Assembly (NCBI GenBank): GCA_002189035.1
Contig: NEEC01000304.1
Coordinates: 1 to 14,865, forward strand
Length of the DNA: 14,865 nt
From: Utricularia gibba
Lineage: Eukaryota > Plantae > Magnoliophyta
Reading direction: 5' to 3'
Every line of letters begins with the position of its first letter. The stretch's first letter is position 1. Below the pieces are notes generated by a model. That model saw only the letters and a list, made by a program, of their open reading frames with translations. It made no database searches and was not told the origin of the DNA. A program made the translations under genes and the position numbers. Positions 8,875 to 14,865 of this stretch are shown piece by piece.

Positions 8875-11800
8875 CACGTGACATCATAATTTAAACAAAT
8901 GGATCATTTTTTTTAATCGATTTGCATCCAGTTGACCTCATGAGCCATACAGAATCGGGGTCAAGGACCAAGTTCCCAGCGAGACTGGCCGCCACAAACG
9001 AGAAGCGGTTCCTTGAAAAACCATGTAGGCAGCCCCCGAAAACCGAACGATAATAAATACATCACTTTATTTGCCGGACTACAACTAACTCTCGTGCAAG
9101 CCAAACCTTACCTTTTGTCCCGTTCCAGGTGCACCCAAAGACCGCCTGCTCAAGTATAAAGTAAGTTGTTGAAAAAATCATGTGGGGTGCACGTGATATC
9201 GCAATTTAAACAAATGCAACATTGTATTCATCGATTTGCATCCTTTTGTCCTCATGAGCCATAAAGAATCGCGGGCCCGGACCAAGTTCCTAGCGAGACT
9301 GGCCGCCACAAAACGAGAAGCTGTTCCTTGAAAAACCATGTAGGCAACACCGAAAACCGAACGTTAATAAATACATCACTTTCTTTGCCGGGCTACAACT
9401 TACTTTGGGCCAAGGCCTAAGCTGACCTTTTTCCGGTTCCAAGTGCCCCCAAGACCGCCTCTCAGTATAAAGTAAGTTGTTTAAAAAAATCAGGGGTGCA
9501 CGTGACATCTAATTTAAACAAATGCATCATTTTTTTTAATCGATTTGCATCCAGTTGACCTCATGAGCCATACAGAATCGGGGTCAAGGACCAAGTTCCC
9601 AGCGAGACTGGCCGCCACAAAACGAGAAGCGGTTCCTTGAAAAACCATGTAGGCAGCCCCCGAAAACCGAACGATAATAAATACATCACTTTATTTGCCG
9701 GACTACAACTAACTCTCGTGCAAGCCAAACCTTACCTTTGTCCCGTTCCAGGTGCACCCAAAGACCGCCTCTCAAGTATAAAGTAAGTTGTTGAAAAAAT
9801 CATGTGGGGTGCACGTGATATCGCAATTTAAACAAATGCAACATTGTATTCATCGATTTGCATCCTTTTGTCCTCATGAGCCATAAAGAATCGCGGGCCC
9901 GGACCAAGTTCCTAGCGAGACTGGCCGCCACAAAACGAGAAGCTGTTCCTTGAAAAACCATGTAGGCAACACGAAAACCGAACGTTAATAAATACATCAC
10001 TTTCTTTGCCGGGCTACAACTTACTTTGGGCCAAGGCCTAAGCTGATCTTTTTCCGGTTCCAAGTGCACCCAAAGACCGCCTTCTCAAGTATAAAAAGTT
10101 GTTGAAAAAATCATGTGGGGTGCACGTGACATCATAATTTAAACAAATGGATCATTTTTTTTAATCGATTTGCATCCAGTTGACCTCATGAGCCATACAG
10201 AATCGGGGTCAAGGACCAAGTTCCCAGCGAGACTGGCCGCCACAAAACGAGAAGCGGTTCCTTGAAAAACCATGTAGGCAGCCCCCGAAAACCGAACGAT
10301 AATAAATACATCACTTTATTTGCCGGACTACAACTAACTTTGGCCAAGCCTAACTACCTTTTTCCGTTCCAAGTGCCCCAAAGACCGCCTCTCAGTATAA
10401 AGTAAGTTTGAAAAAATCATGTGGGGTGCACGTGATATCGCAATTTAAACAAATGCAACAAATCGATTTGCATCCTTTTGTCCTCATGAGCCATAAAGAA
10501 TCGCGGGCCCGGACCAAGTTCCTAGCGAGACTGGCCGCCACAAAACGAGAAGCTGTTCCTTGAAAAACCATGTAGGCAACACCGAAAACCGAACGTTAAT
10601 AAATACATCACTTTCTTTGCCGGGCTACAACTTACTTTGGGCCAAGGCCTAAGCTGATCTTTTTCCGGTTCCAAGTGCACCCAAAGACCGCCTTCTCAAG
10701 TATAAAGTAAGTTGTTGAAAAAATCATGTGGGGTGCACGTGACATCATAATTTAAACAAATGGATCTTTTTTTTAATCGATTTGCATCCAGTTGACCTCA
10801 TGAGCCATACAGAATCGGGGTCAAGGACCAAGTTCCCAGCGAGACTGGCCGCCACAAACGAGAAGCGGTTCCTTGAAAAACCATGTAGGCAGCCCCCGAA
10901 AACCGAACGATAATAAATACATCACTTTATTTGCCGGACTACAACTAACTCTCGTGCAAGCCAAACCTTACCTTTGTCCCGTTCCAGGTGCACCCAAGAC
11001 CGCCTCTCAAGTATAAAGTAAGTTGTTGAAAAAATCATGTGGGGTGCACGTGATATCGCAATTTAAACAAATGCAACATTGTATTCATCGATTTGCATCC
11101 TTTTGTCCTCACCATAAAGAATCGCGGGCCCGGACCAAGTTCCTAGCGAGACTGGCCGCCACAAAACGAGAAGCTGTTCCTTGAAAAACCATGTAGGCAA
11201 CACCGAAAACCGAACGTTAATAAATACATCACTTTCTTTGCCGGGCTACAACTTACTTTGGGCCAAGGCCTAAGCTGATCTTTTTCCGGTTCCAAGTGCA
11301 CCCAAAGACCGCCTTCTCAAGTATAAAGTAAGTTGTTGAAAAAATCATGTGGGGTGCACGTGACATCATAATTTAAACAAATGGATCATTTTTTTTAATC
11401 GATTTGCATCCAGTTGACCTCATGAGCCATACAGAATCGGGGTCAAGGACCAAGTTCCCAGCGAGACTGGCCGCCACAAAACGAGAAGCGGTTCCTTGAA
11501 AAACCATGTAGGCAGCCCCCGAAAACCGAACGATAATAAATACATCACTTTATTTGCCGGACTACAACTAACTCTCGGTGCAAGCCAAACCTTACCTTTG
11601 TCCCGTTCCAGGTGCACCCAAAGACCGCCTGCTCAAGTATAAAGTAAGTTGTTGAAAAAATCATGTGGGGTGCACGTGATATCGCAATTTAAAACAAATG
11701 CATCATCGATTTGCATCCTTTTGTCCTCATGAGCCATAAAGAATCGCGGGCCCGGACCAAGTTCCTAGCGAGACTGGCCGCCACAAAACGAGAAGCTGTT

Positions 11801-14800
11801 CCTTGAAAAACCATGTAGGCAACACCGAAAACCGAACGTTAATAAATACATCACTTTCTTTGCCGGGCTACAACTTACTTTGGGCCAAGGCCTAAGCTGA
11901 TCTTTTTCCGGTTCCAAGTGCACCCAAAGACCGCCTTCTCAAGTATAAAGTAAGTTGTTGAAAAAATCATGTGGGGTGCACGTGACATCATAATTTAAAC
12001 AAATGATCATTTTTTTTAATCGATTTGCATCCAGTTGACCTCATGAGCCATACAGAATCGGGGTCAAGGACCAAGTTCCCAGCGAGACTGGCCGCCACAA
12101 AACGAGAAGCGGTTCCTTGAAAAACCATGTAGGCACCCCGAAAACCGAACGATAATAAATACATCACTTTATTTGCCGGACTACAACTTACTTTCGGCCA
12201 AGCCTAAGCTACCTTTTTTCCGTTCCAAGTGCCCCCAAGACCGCCTCCTCAAGTATAAAGTAGTTGTTAAAAAAATCATGTGGGGTGCACGTGATATCGC
12301 AATTTAAACAAATGCAACATTAATCGATTTGCATCCTTTTGTCCTCATGAGCCATAAAGAATCGCGGGCCCGGACCAAGTTCCTAGCGAGACTGGCCGCC
12401 ACAAAACGAGAAGCTGTTCCTTGAAAAACCATGTAGGCAACACCGAAAACCGAACGTTAATAAATACATCACTTTCTTTGCCGGGCTACAACTTACTTTG
12501 GGCCAAGGCCTAAGCTGATCTTTTTCCGGTTCCAAGTGCACCCAAAGACCGCCTTCTCAAGTATAAAGTAAGTTGTTGAAAAAATCATGTGGGGTGCACG
12601 TGACATCATAATTTAAACAAATGGATCATTTTTTTAATCGATTTGCATCCAGTTGACCTCATGAGCCATACAGAATCGGGTCAAGGACCAAGTTCCCAGC
12701 GAGACTGGCCGCCACAAAACGAGAAGCGGTTCCTTGAAAAACCATGTAGGCAGCCCCCGAAAACCGAACGATAATAAATACATCACTTTATTTGCCGGAC
12801 TACAACTAACTCTCGGTGCAAGCCAAACCTTACCTTTGTCCCGTTCCAGGTGCACCCAAAGACCGCCTGCTCAAGTATAAAGTAAGTTGTTGAAAAAATC
12901 ATGTGGGGTGCACGTGATATCGCAATTTAAACAAATGCAACATTGTATTCATCGATTTGCATCCTTTTGTCCTCATGAGCCATAAAGAATCGCGGCCCGG
13001 ACCAAGTTCCTAGCGAGACTGGCCGCCACAAAACGAGAAGCTGTTCCTTGAAAAACCATGTAGGCAACACCGAAAACCGAACGTTAATAAATACATCACT
13101 TTCTTTGCCGGGCTACAACTTACTTTGGGCCAAGGCCTAAGCTGATCTTTTTCCGGTTCCAAGTGCACCCAAAGACCGCCTTCTCAAGTATAAAGTAATT
13201 TGTTGAAAAAATCATGTGGGGTGCACGTGACATCATAATTTAAACAAATGGATCATTTTTTTTAATCGATTTGCATCCAGTTGACCTCATGAGCCATACA
13301 GAATCGGGGTCAAGGACCAAGTTCCCAGCGAGACTGGCCGCCACAAAACGAGAAGCGGTTCCTTGAAAAACCATGTAGGCAGCCCCCGAAAACCGAACGA
13401 TAATAAATACATCACTTTATTTGCCGGACTACAACTAACTCTCGGTGCAAGCCAAACCTTACCTTTGTCCGTTCCAGGTGCACCCAAAGACCGCCTGCTC
13501 AAGTATAAAGTAAGTTGTTGAAAAAATCATGTGGGGTGCACGTGATATCGCAATTTAAACAAATGCAACATTGTATTCATCGATTTGCATCCTTTTGTCC
13601 TCATGAGCCATAAAGAATCGCGGGCCCGGACCAAGTTCCTAGCGAGACTGGCCGCCACAAAACGAGAAGCTGTTCCTTGAAAAACCATGTAGGCAACACC
13701 GAAAACCGAACGTTAATAAATACATCACTTTCTTTGCCGGGCTACAACTTACTTTGGGCCAAGGCCTAAGCTGATCTTTTTCCGGTTCCAAGTGCACCCA
13801 AGACCGCCTTCTCAAGTATAAAGTAAGTTGTTGAAAAAATCATGTGGGGTGCACGTGACATCATAATTTAAACAAATGGATCATTTTTTTTAATCGATTT
13901 GCATCCAGTTGACCTCATGAGCCATACAGAATCGGGGTCAAGGACCAAGTTCCCAGCGAGACTGGCCGCCACAAAACGAGAAGCGGTTCCTTGAAAAACC
14001 ATGTAGGCAGCCCCCGAAAACCGAACGATAATAAATACATCACTTTATTTGCCGGACTACAACTAACTTTGGGCAAGCCAAACCTTACCTTTTTCCCGTT
14101 CCAGGTGCACCCAAGACCGCCTCCTCAAGTATAAAGTAAGTTGTTGAAAAAATCATGTGGGGTGCACGTGATATCGCAATTTAAACAAATGCAACATTTT
14201 TCATCGATTTGCATCCTTTTGTCCTCATGAGCCATAAAGAATCGCGGGCCCGGACCAAGTTCCTAGCGAGACTGGCCGCCACAAAACGAGAAGCTGTTCC
14301 TTGAAAAACCATGTAGGCAACACGAAAACGAACGTTAATAAATACATCACTTTCTTTGCCGGGCTACAACTTACTTTGGGCCAAGCCTAAGCTGATCTTT
14401 TTCCGGTTCCAAGTGACCCAAAGACCGCCTTCTCAAGTATAAAGTAAGTTGTTGAAAAAATCATGTGGGGTGCACGTGACATCATAATTTAAACAAATGG
14501 ATCATTTTTTTAATCGATTTGCATCCAGTTGACCTCATGAGCCATACAGAATCGGGTCAAGGACCAAGTTCCCAGCGAGACTGGGCCACAAAACGAGAAG
14601 CGGTTCCTTGAAAAACCATGTAGGCAGCCCCCGAAAACCGAACGATAATAAATACATCACTTTATTTGCCGGACTACAACTAACTCTCGTGCAAGCCAAA
14701 CCTACCTTTGTCCCGTTCCAGGTGCACCCAAAGACCGCCTGCTCAAGTATAAAGTAAGTTGTTGAAAAAATCATGTGGGGTGCACGTGATATCGCAATTT

Positions 14801-14865
14801 AAACAAATGCAACATTGTATTCATCGATTTGCATCCTTTTGTCCTCATGAGCCATAAAGAATCGC
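8875..14865 (+). repeat. Regular block 2: strict B/A alternation
   Basis: 20 consecutive anchors (8875 B, 9190 A ... 14473 B, 14783 A) alternate without a phase slip, spaced 306-316 bp. Confidence 0.95.

Larger units (their letters stand above)
1..14865. repeat. Tandem satellite DNA array: ~314-bp monomer arranged as ~628-bp A/B dimeric higher-order repeat; extends beyond both window ends
   Basis: The anchor GTGGGGTGCACGTGA recurs with CACGTG at 193, 505, 819, 1132, 1445, 1759, 2074, 2388 ... 14165, 14473, 14783 (46 counted), mostly 304-316 bp apart. All sequence between anchors is the same monomer. The window starts inside a B monomer and ends inside an A monomer. Confidence 0.99.

Noticed and set aside
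293-14774. All 60-110 aa ORFs in the supplied track (e.g. ...KVSCSPANKVMYLL..., MHPVDLMSHTESG...)
   Set aside because: They are the same repeat read in different frames. Starts, stops and frames shift with single-base homopolymer indels. I recognise no domain, and there is no consistent ORF across intact units.
1-14865. CRISPR array (regular conserved blocks separated by variable blocks)
   Set aside because: The 'spacers' are not unique: they alternate between two fixed sequences. The period of ~314 bp is far too long, and there are no cas genes or leader.
1-14865. Assignment to a named satellite family or species based on monomer length
   Set aside because: Length alone is not diagnostic, and I do not recognise the sequence as any satellite I can recall. 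A BLAST/Dfam/Repbase search is required.

Overview
The whole 14,865-bp window is one head-to-tail tandem repeat (satellite) array that runs off both ends. I see no credible gene, RNA gene, transposon or CRISPR array, and the listed ORFs are chance read-throughs of the repeat. The monomer is about 314 bp and about 45% GC. Two monomer types, A (CACGTGATATCG...) and B (CACGTGACATCA...), alternate to form a dimer of about 628 bp. They differ at about 38 of 314 positions by my manual alignment (about 88% identity). I count 46 CACGTG anchors. Alternation is strict over 193-5803 and 8875-14865 and is broken or scrambled in about 6030-6620 and 7500-8875. The most interesting signal is a nested hierarchy. 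Each 314-mer looks like an ancient dimer of about 155 + 159 bp subunits, two 314-mers form the A/B dimer, and a variant 'C-like' unit tends to recur every third dimer (about 1.87 kb). The monomer also has a 48-bp A/B-invariant block containing an RTCACGTG E-box and one arm of a perfect 12-bp inverted repeat. There is no CpG depletion. Homopolymer indels, deletions at A/B-discordant sites and scrambled zones suggest long-read or consensus error, so much of the unit-to-unit variation may be artefact. I cannot name the satellite family or host, and a centromeric role is only a hypothesis.
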